Sequence record: DRR723986_5413
Length of the DNA: 34,124 nucleotides
Direction: 5' to 3' (one strand)
A model generated the notes under the pieces. That model worked only from the letters and a program-made list of their open reading frames with translations. It did not search any database and was not told where the DNA came from. The position numbers were made by a program, and so were the translations under genes. This document shows, in pieces, positions 18,292 to 26,887 of this stretch (position 1 is its first letter; the number at the start of each line of letters is the position of its first letter).

Positions 18292-19494
18292 GTGGTTGCG
18301 GCAGGGGACAATGCGTCCACTGATGCCCTCACCGCCGAGGCAGACAGGGCTTTTGACCGTGGTGACCACCGCCACGGTCTGGACCTGCTGCGCAGGGCAG
18401 CCGCCGGCAGCAGCGATTCCGCGCTGCTGCACAGACTCGCTGTGGTCGAAGAGCAGATAGGTACTCAGCAGCTGGCCCTTGCAGCCCATTTCAGGTGCCT
18501 CGCGCTCGCCCCGAACAATCCGCTGGCCTACCTTTATGCCGGCTACAGCCTGCAGCAACAGGGACGCACTAACGATGCGCTGAATGTGTTGTCGCTCGGC
18601 TCTGACCTCGATCCGACGCTGTTGGCCGCAGCAATCCCGGAAGAACCGTCGCCTACTGTGCAGCGCAAACAGCTATCGCGGGTACTGCTGCGCCGGCATT
18701 TCAGCGAACTGCATCGCGCCGCCGTTGGCGCAGACGAGGGGTTAGCCAGGGTTCGGGAATCAGTCTGGACCCGCACCCACGACCAGCCGTTTGAGCCGCC
18801 GCGCAGTGGCCAGCAGCCGCAGTTCTTTTACCTGCCTGGGCTGACCCCCATTCGCTTTGCCGACACTGCGGCCTGGCCATGGGCTACCGCGTTGCAGTCC
18901 AGGTCGCAGGATATCATCGCTGAGTATCGCAGCGCCCAGTCGCGTGTCGAGAGCATGGGACGGCCCTATCTGGATAGCGCGAACTTTACCGGAGGCGATT
19001 TTGACGAGCTGGCGGGTTCGCACAACTGGACCGCATTGGACCTCTACAGGAACGGCAGTCGCAACGACGCACTGTGCCAACACTTCCCCCGTACGCTGGA
19101 AGCGCTGGCGCAGGTTCCGCTGTATGGGATGGACAGAAACCCCTACGAAGTGTTTTTCTCAGTTCTGCGGGCCGGGCAACACATCAAGCCGCACTACGGG
19201 CTGTCCAACCATAGCTTGACCGTGCACTTGCCGATCATCACCCCTGAGTCTTGCCAACTGGTGGTAGACGGGGAAAGTCGCAGCTGGTCAGCCGGTCAGC
19301 TGCTTGCCTTCGACGACACCTTTTTACACGAGGCAGTCAATGCCAGCAACGAGGACCGCGTTGTGCTTATTTTTTCTGTCTGGCATCCGGAACTCACCCT
19401 GGCAGAGCGCGAGGCCGTGCAGCGTAGCTTTAACCGCCGCAGTGCCTGGCTCGCAGCTCGGTCCCTTCCCCCCGGAGTTGAACAGGGCCACTAA
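18292..19494 (+). CDS. TPR-containing aspartyl/asparaginyl beta-hydroxylase (AspH-like 2OG-Fe(II) oxygenase)
   Basis: FSVLRAGQHIKPHYGLSN..LTVHLPI, FDDTFLHEAVN, RVVLIFSVWHPEL; N-terminal TPR-like helices. Confidence 0.9.
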   Translation: MVAAGDNASTDALTAEADRAFDRGDHRHGLDLLRRAAAGSSDSALLHRLAVVEEQIGTQQLALAAHFRCLALAPNNPLAYLYAGYSLQQQGRTNDALNVLSLGSDLDPTLLAAAIPEEPSPTVQRKQLSRVLLRRHFSELHRAAVGADEGLARVRESVWTRTHDQPFEPPRSGQQPQFFYLPGLTPIRFADTAAWPWATALQSRSQDIIAEYRSAQSRVESMGRPYLDSANFTGGDFDELAGSHNWTALDLYRNGSRNDALCQHFPRTLEALAQVPLYGMDRNPYEVFFSVLRAGQHIKPHYGLSNHSLTVHLPIITPESCQLVVDGESRSWSAGQLLAFDDTFLHEAVNASNEDRVVLIFSVWHPELTLAEREAVQRSFNRRSAWLAARSLPPGVEQGH

Positions 19495-21350
19495 GGGGTA
19501 GCGAGACATCCCTCTCGCTCAAGCGCTTCAAACAAACCGGGCAGCAACTGCTCATAGCGCTGCCAGCGACCAACGGCAGCGTCGGATATCGTGCGCCTGA
19601 CCTGACGCTCACTGAAGGTAAAGCTCGGGGCATCATCTCCTCCGGAAACGAGGCATTCCGGTCGCCACTCAAGACCGCAGAACTGCGCCAGCTCATGACT
19701 TGCCTGCTCCGGCCTGGCGACAAAACCCTCAAACTGCAGATCCAGCACCCGCTCCGGGTCCAGCCGCGCCCAGTGATCCATCAAATCACGGGCTTCCCGC
19801 CAGGCGTGGGCCAGGGCGGTGGGATCACAGGCATAGGTGTGCCCTTCCGGAAACGGACGTTGGTAGATCGACAGACAGGTATCGCGGGGGTCACGGCGCA
19901 TCTGGATAACCCGTGCCTCGGGATACATGCCGAGAATCATGCCGACGTGCAGGAAGTTGTGCGGCATCTTGTCGGTGAAGACCCCGGCGAAACCCGGCGT
20001 CAGCGCCGCATAGCGTGTTGCCAGTGACTGCCACTGGCGCGAAGACAGTGCCAGAGGTGCGGGCAGGCGCCCGGCGTTCACGTCCCGCTGATACTGCGCA
20101 ACTACAAAGCCCAGCGCTTCGTTTTCACCGCCAGCGACCACGCCAGGCAAGCGCGACAATACCTTTTCCACCAGCGTGGTTCCCGAGCGTGGCATACCGA
20201 GCACGAAAATTGGACGCGCCGCCCCCGGCGGTGCCGGCGTGTCGGGCAGCGCCCTAAACTGTTCACGGAGCCGCTGCATGCGGGCGGTTTCAAACACTGC
20301 ATCGTAAGCCCGGCCCGTCGCCGTCAATGCCTGCAGCTGCAGGCCATTGGCCTGCTCCAGGGCATCGACCGCCGCCGCGAGCTCACTCCCGCGATCACAG
20401 GCATCGGCCAGGGCGTAGTACATCAGGGTCCGGAAATAGGGGCTGTTGCCGACATCCGCAAGCTGCCCGGACAGCTGGTCAACCAGTTCGTCCAGTTCCG
20501 AGCCGTCGGCCGTTTCCATGCGCACCGACCAGGCCTGCCCATGTCCCGGCTGGCGCTCCAGCGCAGCAATGCTGCTGGTCCTGGCCCCCGCATCGTCGCC
20601 CCGCAGGCGATCCAGGCGGGCACGCAACACATGATAATCAGCGCTGTCGGCTCCCGCCTGCCGTGCCAGCTGCAATTGCCGGTCGCTGTGCTCGACATCC
20701 CTGGCAATCAGGTAGAGGTCGGCGAAACGCAGGTAATCAATGGCCCGGGGTTCGATCAGGCCCATGTAGTGCTGGTAGCTGGCAATCGCCAACGGGTAAT
20801 CCCGAAGTTTGCCCGCCGCTACGGAGAGTTCACTGGCGATCGCCGGATCGTGGCTATTGTCAGCAGCGAGCTGCCTGAGCAGGGCAACGGCCTGATCCCA
20901 GTCACCCAGCGCCCCCATGGCCCGGGCACACAAAATCGATGTGCCGGCTTGCGTGACAGGACAACTGCGCAGCAACTCCAGCGCGGCTTCCGGATTTCCC
21001 AGATCGAGCAGCAGCTTGCCCAGGGCATTGGCAAAGTGCTCGTCGCCCCTGGCCAGGCGCGCACCGTGCAGCGCCTGTGTCACCGCCTCGGGATCGCGGG
21101 CGCATCGGTGCAGGGCAAGCGCGAGCTGCAGGGCAATATCGGCCGCATTGGGTTCAATCTGCGCGGCCTGTGCCAACAGCTCTGCTGCAGCCTGGGCCTG
21201 GTTGCCTTGCATGGCGAGGGTTCCCAGCCCATACAGTGCGCTGGCATTGCGTGGATCCGCGGCCAGCAGCTGTCGGTACAGGCGCTCGGCCTCCGCCAGT
21301 TCGCCGCGCCGGTGGGCCGCTTCAGCCAGCTGTATCAGGTCGGGTGACAC
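19491..21350 (-). CDS. TPR-containing PAPS-dependent sulfotransferase
   Basis: 5'-PSB loop PIFVLGMPRSGTTLVE, DKMPHNF, 3'-PB motif RRDPRDTCLS, SERQVRR; TPR-rich N-terminal region. Probable GTG start at 21350 (ORF track 21392). Confidence 0.9.
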   Translation of the reverse strand: MSPDLIQLAEAAHRRGELAEAERLYRQLLAADPRNASALYGLGTLAMQGNQAQAAAELLAQAAQIEPNAADIALQLALALHRCARDPEAVTQALHGARLARGDEHFANALGKLLLDLGNPEAALELLRSCPVTQAGTSILCARAMGALGDWDQAVALLRQLAADNSHDPAIASELSVAAGKLRDYPLAIASYQHYMGLIEPRAIDYLRFADLYLIARDVEHSDRQLQLARQAGADSADYHVLRARLDRLRGDDAGARTSSIAALERQPGHGQAWSVRMETADGSELDELVDQLSGQLADVGNSPYFRTLMYYALADACDRGSELAAAVDALEQANGLQLQALTATGRAYDAVFETARMQRLREQFRALPDTPAPPGAARPIFVLGMPRSGTTLVEKVLSRLPGVVAGGENEALGFVVAQYQRDVNAGRLPAPLALSSRQWQSLATRYAALTPGFAGVFTDKMPHNFLHVGMILGMYPEARVIQMRRDPRDTCLSIYQRPFPEGHTYACDPTALAHAWREARDLMDHWARLDPERVLDLQFEGFVARPEQASHELAQFCGLEWRPECLVSGGDDAPSFTFSERQVRRTISDAAVGRWQRYEQLLPGLFEALEREGCLATP

Positions 21351-21415
21351 GGTGGAAGGTGATCCATTAGGATTGGGCAGGCAACAGCGCACATGCTAAC
21401 AAAAAAGGGGCTTTA

Positions 21416-22132
21416 ATGAGACTTGCGGCAAAGGCCGGCGACTGGGCCGGACAGTTTGCGCGAAACAGCCGGTTGCAGGTACCCGGACTGCTGGATGACG
21501 CGAGCGCAGAGCGCCTGCACCGGAGTCTCGCCGCGCAGGCGCAATGGAACCTCGTGTTCAACCGCGCGGGGGAGCATGTGGATATCGGCGCTGACAGCAT
21601 GGACCTGTGGAACGAGGACCAGCGCAAGCAGTTCAACGAGCTCGTCTTCGCCCAGGCAAGCGACGGTTTCCAGTACCTGTACAAGGCAGTTCCGATCTAC
21701 GACGTCTACCATGACGGCTCACTGCCGGGACACTTCTTCAACAGTTTGTTTGAGTTTCTCAATAGTGCGCCATTCCTGGACTTCGCCCGGGAGTTACTGG
21801 ACCGGCCCGACATTGGTTTCTGCGATGCCCAGGCCACCTGTTACCAGGCCGGCCACTTCCTGACCACCCACGATGATGCTACCGAGGGCAAGAACCGGGT
21901 GGCAGCCTACGTTATCAATATGACGCCCGAGTGGAATCCCAACTGGGGCGGCGCGCTGCAGTTTTTCGATGAACGCGGCAACATCGAACAGGGATTCACC
22001 CCCGCGTTTAACGCCCTCAACGTGTTCCGTATCCCGCAGCGCCACGCCGTGGAGTATGTCACGCCTTTCGCTCGGGGCTCACGCCTGTCGATCACTGGCT
22101 GGTTGCGCAGCGGGCAGGATCCCCGCGGCTGA
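21416..22132 (+). CDS. 2OG-Fe(II) oxygenase, prolyl-hydroxylase (Tpa1/OGFOD1-like) type
   Basis: YQAGHFLTTHDD (HxD), RVAAYVINMTPEW..WGGAL, PAFNAL..F, HAVEYV, RLSITGW; AAGGGG RBS. Confidence 0.88.
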   Translation: MRLAAKAGDWAGQFARNSRLQVPGLLDDASAERLHRSLAAQAQWNLVFNRAGEHVDIGADSMDLWNEDQRKQFNELVFAQASDGFQYLYKAVPIYDVYHDGSLPGHFFNSLFEFLNSAPFLDFARELLDRPDIGFCDAQATCYQAGHFLTTHDDATEGKNRVAAYVINMTPEWNPNWGGALQFFDERGNIEQGFTPAFNALNVFRIPQRHAVEYVTPFARGSRLSITGWLRSGQDPRG

Positions 22133-23965
22133 TCACTCGCCCTGGGCGAGTGGTATCACATCGAACGGCGCTGTCAGGCGGAAGTCATCTTCTGCGCAAG
22201 CGAAGTCGAAGGTGCCGTGCCAGGCATAGGACGGGAACAGGGCAAGCTGCCCGGGCCGCGGATGAACTACCCGTTCGATCACTTCCCGCTCGCCCAGGTT
22301 GAGCGCGCTTTCCCCGAATTTGATGCATCCCGCAGTACTGCCCGCATCGTCCATGGCGGCGGGCAGGTGGATATAACAGGCGGAGCTGATCCAGCCTTCC
22401 GGGTGCACGTGGTTTACATGGTAACCACCGCTGCGCAGCCGGACCGACCAGGAGCCTGAAAACTCAAAGCGGGACGATTTTCGCGAAAACAGCGGGTGCG
22501 AGGGATCATCCGGCATCCCGACTATGTACTCGCGCACCGCTTCCGCCAGCGCGTCGCGGTACTGGCGGATCACCGGGTGGGGTTTGTGTAGCAGGCGCCC
22601 GGGCGTCTGGGTGCCGCTGACCAGGGTTTGTCGCATGGGGGCAGCGCGAGTGCTGTGCATACCCAGCAGCACCTCCTGCAGGGTCTGCAGAAACGCCTGC
22701 AATGAGCTGTAGCCTGCGGGTGTTGGCAGGGTCGATACCCGGACATCCCGCTCATAGTCGATCAGCCAGTGGTAGCGCGGATCACCCTGCAGGCGCCAGC
22801 AGGTACCGATCAACGCCCAGGTCAGCTGGTTGTCCGGCTCCTTGTGCTGCTCGGCTTCAAGCACCTGCATTGCAGTTGCGTAGTCTCCCTCCAGAATCAG
22901 CAGGCGCGCAAAGTCGTGGACCACGTCCCGCGACCGGACCAGGGCGAGGGACGACTGGAAGCACTCGCGGGCGCGCAGGTAATCCCGGTCGTTGGCATAC
23001 AGTTCACCCGAGGCGCGCAATAGCTCCGGCGTGCGCTCGATGCGCAGTGATTCATTGACCAGCTCCCGGGCCTCGGCGAAGTGCTCGCTGTTGATTAACA
23101 GGCGCAGCAGGGAATGGCGCAGGGCCAGGTTTCGGGGATGCTCAGCCAGCGCCTGCCGGTAGGAAGCCGTGTAGTCATCCTCCCGACCCAGCTGCCAGCG
23201 CAATTCACTCAGGGTCTCATGGGCAAGCACGTAGCCCGGGTCCTTGCCGATGGCGCTTTCGTAACACCGTTCAGCCAGCACATAGTCCCGCATCTCGAAG
23301 GCTGCATTACCCCGGTTAAGGTCGATCTCGGCTACTCCCGGTGCGAGTTGAGCGGCGCGCTCAAAGCAGGCACTCGCCCGCTCCGGATCCTCGCCAAGCT
23401 TGTAGCACAGGCCCAGGTTATGGATCGCATTGACGTATTCCGGGGCGATCTCCAATGCCGCCCTGTAGCAGCTGACTGCACGCTCATAGTCTTCCTGTCC
23501 GCGATAGACATTACCCAGCGCGGTAAACACTGCCGGGTCAGCCGGTGCTAGTCGCGTGGCCTGCTCCAGCACCTCGCCGGCCTCCTGCAGTCGACCCGCG
23601 GCAAGCAGCAGCAGGCCCAGGTTCTTGATCCCGTCGAGGTAGTCCGGCTTCAGGCTTACCGCCTTGCGATAGTGTTGCTCTGCGGCCGCATTCTCTGACA
23701 GCGCCCGGAGGCTGTTACCCAGATTGTTATGCACCTCTGGCTGGGGCGGATGGGCGCGCAGCGATGCCTCCAGGGCAGTAACTGCATCCTGGTGCTGCTT
23801 GAGGGCCGCGTGCGCGAGCCCCTTGAGATGCAGGAAGTTCGGATCGGTAGACCGTTGCCGCAGGCGTTTTTCCAATTCTTTGATGGCACGAGCGGGTTCC
23901 GCTCTGACCAGCGTCGCAAGCTGGGCGAGTAACTGCTGGTAGCGCTGTTGCGGGTCAGGCGGCAT
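22133..23965 (-). CDS. TPR-repeat protein with C-terminal putative 2OG-Fe(II) oxygenase domain (TIGR02466-like)
   Basis: Many TPRs (HNNLGNSL, NLGLLL, ALGNVY, HNLGLCY) followed by SWSVRL..GGYHVNHVHPEGWISSACY...PGQLALFPSYAWHGT...RLTAPFDV. Confidence 0.88.
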   Translation of the reverse strand: MPPDPQQRYQQLLAQLATLVRAEPARAIKELEKRLRQRSTDPNFLHLKGLAHAALKQHQDAVTALEASLRAHPPQPEVHNNLGNSLRALSENAAAEQHYRKAVSLKPDYLDGIKNLGLLLLAAGRLQEAGEVLEQATRLAPADPAVFTALGNVYRGQEDYERAVSCYRAALEIAPEYVNAIHNLGLCYKLGEDPERASACFERAAQLAPGVAEIDLNRGNAAFEMRDYVLAERCYESAIGKDPGYVLAHETLSELRWQLGREDDYTASYRQALAEHPRNLALRHSLLRLLINSEHFAEARELVNESLRIERTPELLRASGELYANDRDYLRARECFQSSLALVRSRDVVHDFARLLILEGDYATAMQVLEAEQHKEPDNQLTWALIGTCWRLQGDPRYHWLIDYERDVRVSTLPTPAGYSSLQAFLQTLQEVLLGMHSTRAAPMRQTLVSGTQTPGRLLHKPHPVIRQYRDALAEAVREYIVGMPDDPSHPLFSRKSSRFEFSGSWSVRLRSGGYHVNHVHPEGWISSACYIHLPAAMDDAGSTAGCIKFGESALNLGEREVIERVVHPRPGQLALFPSYAWHGTFDFACAEDDFRLTAPFDVIPLAQGE

Positions 23966-23983
23966 CGAACAGGAATTCCGGGC

Positions 23984-24012
23984 AAAAAAAACGGCGGGCC
24001 AAGGCCCGCCGC
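23984..24012 (-). terminator. Rho-independent terminator of the second TonB-dependent receptor
   Basis: On the minus strand CGGCGGGCC-TT-GGCCCGCCG followed by T8, ~25 nt after the stop codon. Confidence 0.9.
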
Positions 24013-24037
24013 ATTAGTGTAGCAGTGTGAGCGCCGA

Positions 24038-26887
24038 TTAGAACTTGTAGCTGGCGCTCAGGAAGTAACGCGGTCCAAACAACGGGTAGGTTGATGGGAA
24101 CGTGTTCGCCTGCTCCTGCGAGTCACCCAGCTTGGTCGGCTCGGTATCGAGGATGTTGGTAGCACCGAAGCTGAGGTTCAGGCCCTGCTCGAAAGCGTAG
24201 GCAACCGTCAGATCCAGGTAGTACTCTTCGTCGATGGTCGGCGCCGGCAGATCGCTGGCGGATACACCCGCGTTCTCGATCTGGTCGTCGTCGGTCTCAC
24301 CGATGTAGCGCAGCAGACCGGAGAAGGTCCAGCTACCCGTACGCCAGGTGGCGCGGGTGTTCCACTGGATTTCCGGCAGCGGTGAGCCACAGGTGTTACC
24401 GAAGGTTCCGGCACAGACGTCAACACGATCAGCCAGGTCGGCAACCGGGGTCACGTCGTACGTGTCCAGGAAGGTGCTGTTGAAGTTGATGTCCAGCGTG
24501 GAACCGCTGCTGCCGATACCGAAACCAAAGTCGGTAGAGTAGTACACGTTGAAGTCAACACCGGAGGTTTCGATCTTACCGATGTTGGCGTTCAGTACGT
24601 TAACCACGTCAACGTTGCTGTCGGCGCGACGATCAATCGCCTGACAGAACGCGGAGCCGGCATCCTGAACCACGTTGTAGCAGAGGTCCAGAACGTTGGT
24701 TACGCTGCCACCGAGAACGGAGATCGCGTCTTCGATTTCGATGTCGTAGTAGTCAACCGTGATGTCCAGGCTGTCGATGGGCTGCCATACGAAACCAACC
24801 GTGTAGGTGTTGGAGGTTTCTTCCTGCAGATCGGGGTTACCACCGAAGCGGCCTTCGATCTGGGAGTTGGCCTGGGTGAACTGGCCCACCAGGGCAGGAT
24901 CAACACCGGTCGCGGCACACAGTGCTGCATCGGTTACACCCGGCTGGAAACCACCGACGCTACAGGGGTCATCGGCGCCCGGGAAACCGTTGGACTGGCC
25001 AAGGAACAGCTCGGATACGTTAGGTGCACGTACCGCTTCCTGGTAACCAACACGGAACTTCAGGCTATCGATCGGCGAGTAGTTGATCGCCGCGGCGAAG
25101 GAGTTCACCTGATCGTCCAGGTTGTCGTAGTCAGACGTACGCGCAGCACCCCACAGGGTCAGGTCTTCAGCGAAGGCCTTGCCCTGCAGCAGAGGTACAG
25201 AGATTTCCGCGAAGAACTCGGTGGCCTTGTAGCTACCGACAGTTGCTTCACCGGCGTTGAAGCCCAGTACGTCACCTGATGCCAGGAAGGTATCAGGACG
25301 GAAGCTTGACTCGTCTACGCGGTGCTCGTAACCGAACACAACGGCAACCGGGTACTCAGCAGTCGGGATAGTCCACAGGTCGCCGAATACGCTGGCCTGG
25401 ATAACTTCCTGGGAGATGCTGGTGATGTTGGTCGCGCCGATGTTGACGAAATCAACCGCTTCCTGGCTGATGTTGCCGGCGCCCCAGATGTTGATCGGGA
25501 CACAGCCGCCAGACGGGTTCTGACACGCGGTGCCGGCATCATTGGTCGCAACAGCCTGGATGAAGCGCGACGCAGAAACGTCGTTATTCAGGGCCTGATT
25601 GTTGTCCAGGTTTGAGTAGCTGTAGTAAGCATCGTAGGACCAGTTATCCGTGATGTCACCGTTGGCACCAACCAGCACGCGGAACGCGTCACGCACGTCG
25701 ATCGCCTGGCGGGAGCCGTTCTCAACCATACGACGACCGACGAAACCAAGTGCGTTGTCATCGCCATCAACCACGCCGTCACCGTTAGTATCGGTGCGAA
25801 TGGTGTCGAGAGCGCGCTGGGCTTCCGGAGAGAAGAACGCGCTGTCCGGGTTGATTTCAACCGTGGTAAATGCCGGGGTTGGCGCCAGTTCCTGGGGAAC
25901 CTTGTTGTACGAGTAAGCGAACTCACCGTAGGTGCGCACGTGCTCGTTCACGTCATAGTGCGCGAAGGCACTGATCAGGTAACGTTCCTGCGGCAGCTGG
26001 AGGAAGTTGTCCGGCGCGTAGTTGAAGCGGCTGTCGGGCTCTACCCAGGGCAGGAGCTCACCGTTCGGGCCGAAAGTACCCAGCGACTGACCGGTTACGG
26101 GATCCGTCGGGTTATCGAACAGGCGGGTGCCTGGTACACCGGAAGAGCCACCAGCAACCAGCGTGGGGTTGCCATTGGCATCGGTGCTTTCGGTCAGCGC
26201 AACATCGGAGAAGTCACGATCACCCTGGTACAGTGCTTCACGCTTGCTGTACGAGGCGTAGACAACCGCGTTACCACGACCATCGGCGAAGTTGCCACCA
26301 ATCGTGATGTCCATGTTGTACTTCTCAGCGTCGCCGTCTTCAGCCATGTCGTACAGGCCGGTGATTTCCACGCCTTCGAAGTCGTCGATCATTTCGAAGT
26401 TGACAACACCCGCGATAGCGTCGGAACCGTATACCGCAGAAGCACCGCCGGTTACCACGTCAACGCGCTTGATCAGCGTGCCGGGGACGGTGTTCAGGTC
26501 AACAACACCGGTCTGGGTAGCGGGAATCCAGCGACGGCCGTTTACCAGTACCAGGGTACGTGAAGAGCCGAGACCGCGAAGGTCGACACGCGCGGTACCG
26601 TCACCCGGGTTGTTGGAGCTGGGTCCAAAGCTGGGCAGGGTAGATGGCAGTTCTGCCAGCTTCTGTTCAACGTTGATGGTACCGGAGAGTTTGAATTCCT
26701 CGGCATTTACGACCGTGTACGGGCTGACAGCCTCCAGATCCGGACGCTTGATCCGGGAACCGGTGATGACAACCTCTTCGATCATTTGCTCTTGTGCAAT
26801 CGCGAGCTGTGCCACGGGCAGGGATGCGGTAACCGCACCTGCACCAATAGCAAGCCTGACTGCTGAAGTCAGCTTATTCGTCTTCAT
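24038..26887 (-). CDS. TonB-dependent receptor (no STN domain)
   Basis: Signal peptide, TonB box EEVVITGSRI, LRGLGSSRTLVLVNGRR, GASAVYGSDAIAGVVNF, RAPNVSELF, C-terminal YKF. Confidence 0.95.
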   Translation of the reverse strand: MKTNKLTSAVRLAIGAGAVTASLPVAQLAIAQEQMIEEVVITGSRIKRPDLEAVSPYTVVNAEEFKLSGTINVEQKLAELPSTLPSFGPSSNNPGDGTARVDLRGLGSSRTLVLVNGRRWIPATQTGVVDLNTVPGTLIKRVDVVTGGASAVYGSDAIAGVVNFEMIDDFEGVEITGLYDMAEDGDAEKYNMDITIGGNFADGRGNAVVYASYSKREALYQGDRDFSDVALTESTDANGNPTLVAGGSSGVPGTRLFDNPTDPVTGQSLGTFGPNGELLPWVEPDSRFNYAPDNFLQLPQERYLISAFAHYDVNEHVRTYGEFAYSYNKVPQELAPTPAFTTVEINPDSAFFSPEAQRALDTIRTDTNGDGVVDGDDNALGFVGRRMVENGSRQAIDVRDAFRVLVGANGDITDNWSYDAYYSYSNLDNNQALNNDVSASRFIQAVATNDAGTACQNPSGGCVPINIWGAGNISQEAVDFVNIGATNITSISQEVIQASVFGDLWTIPTAEYPVAVVFGYEHRVDESSFRPDTFLASGDVLGFNAGEATVGSYKATEFFAEISVPLLQGKAFAEDLTLWGAARTSDYDNLDDQVNSFAAAINYSPIDSLKFRVGYQEAVRAPNVSELFLGQSNGFPGADDPCSVGGFQPGVTDAALCAATGVDPALVGQFTQANSQIEGRFGGNPDLQEETSNTYTVGFVWQPIDSLDITVDYYDIEIEDAISVLGGSVTNVLDLCYNVVQDAGSAFCQAIDRRADSNVDVVNVLNANIGKIETSGVDFNVYYSTDFGFGIGSSGSTLDINFNSTFLDTYDVTPVADLADRVDVCAGTFGNTCGSPLPEIQWNTRATWRTGSWTFSGLLRYIGETDDDQIENAGVSASDLPAPTIDEEYYLDLTVAYAFEQGLNLSFGATNILDTEPTKLGDSQEQANTFPSTYPLFGPRYFLSASYKF

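Noticed and set aside
21393-21416. 7-codon uORF MLTKKGL coupled by TAATG to the oxygenase start
   Set aside because: Most simply explained by the AAGGGG ribosome-binding site; no upstream RBS and too short to support.
16501-24038. RiPP-like precursor peptide within the enzyme cluster
   Set aside because: Intergenic gaps are all under ~75 bp and no credible short ORF was found.
11738-26887. Siderophore biosynthesis/uptake island or mobile genomic island
   Set aside because: No siderophore synthase, ABC importer, clear Fur box, integrase, tRNA or flanking direct repeats are visible.
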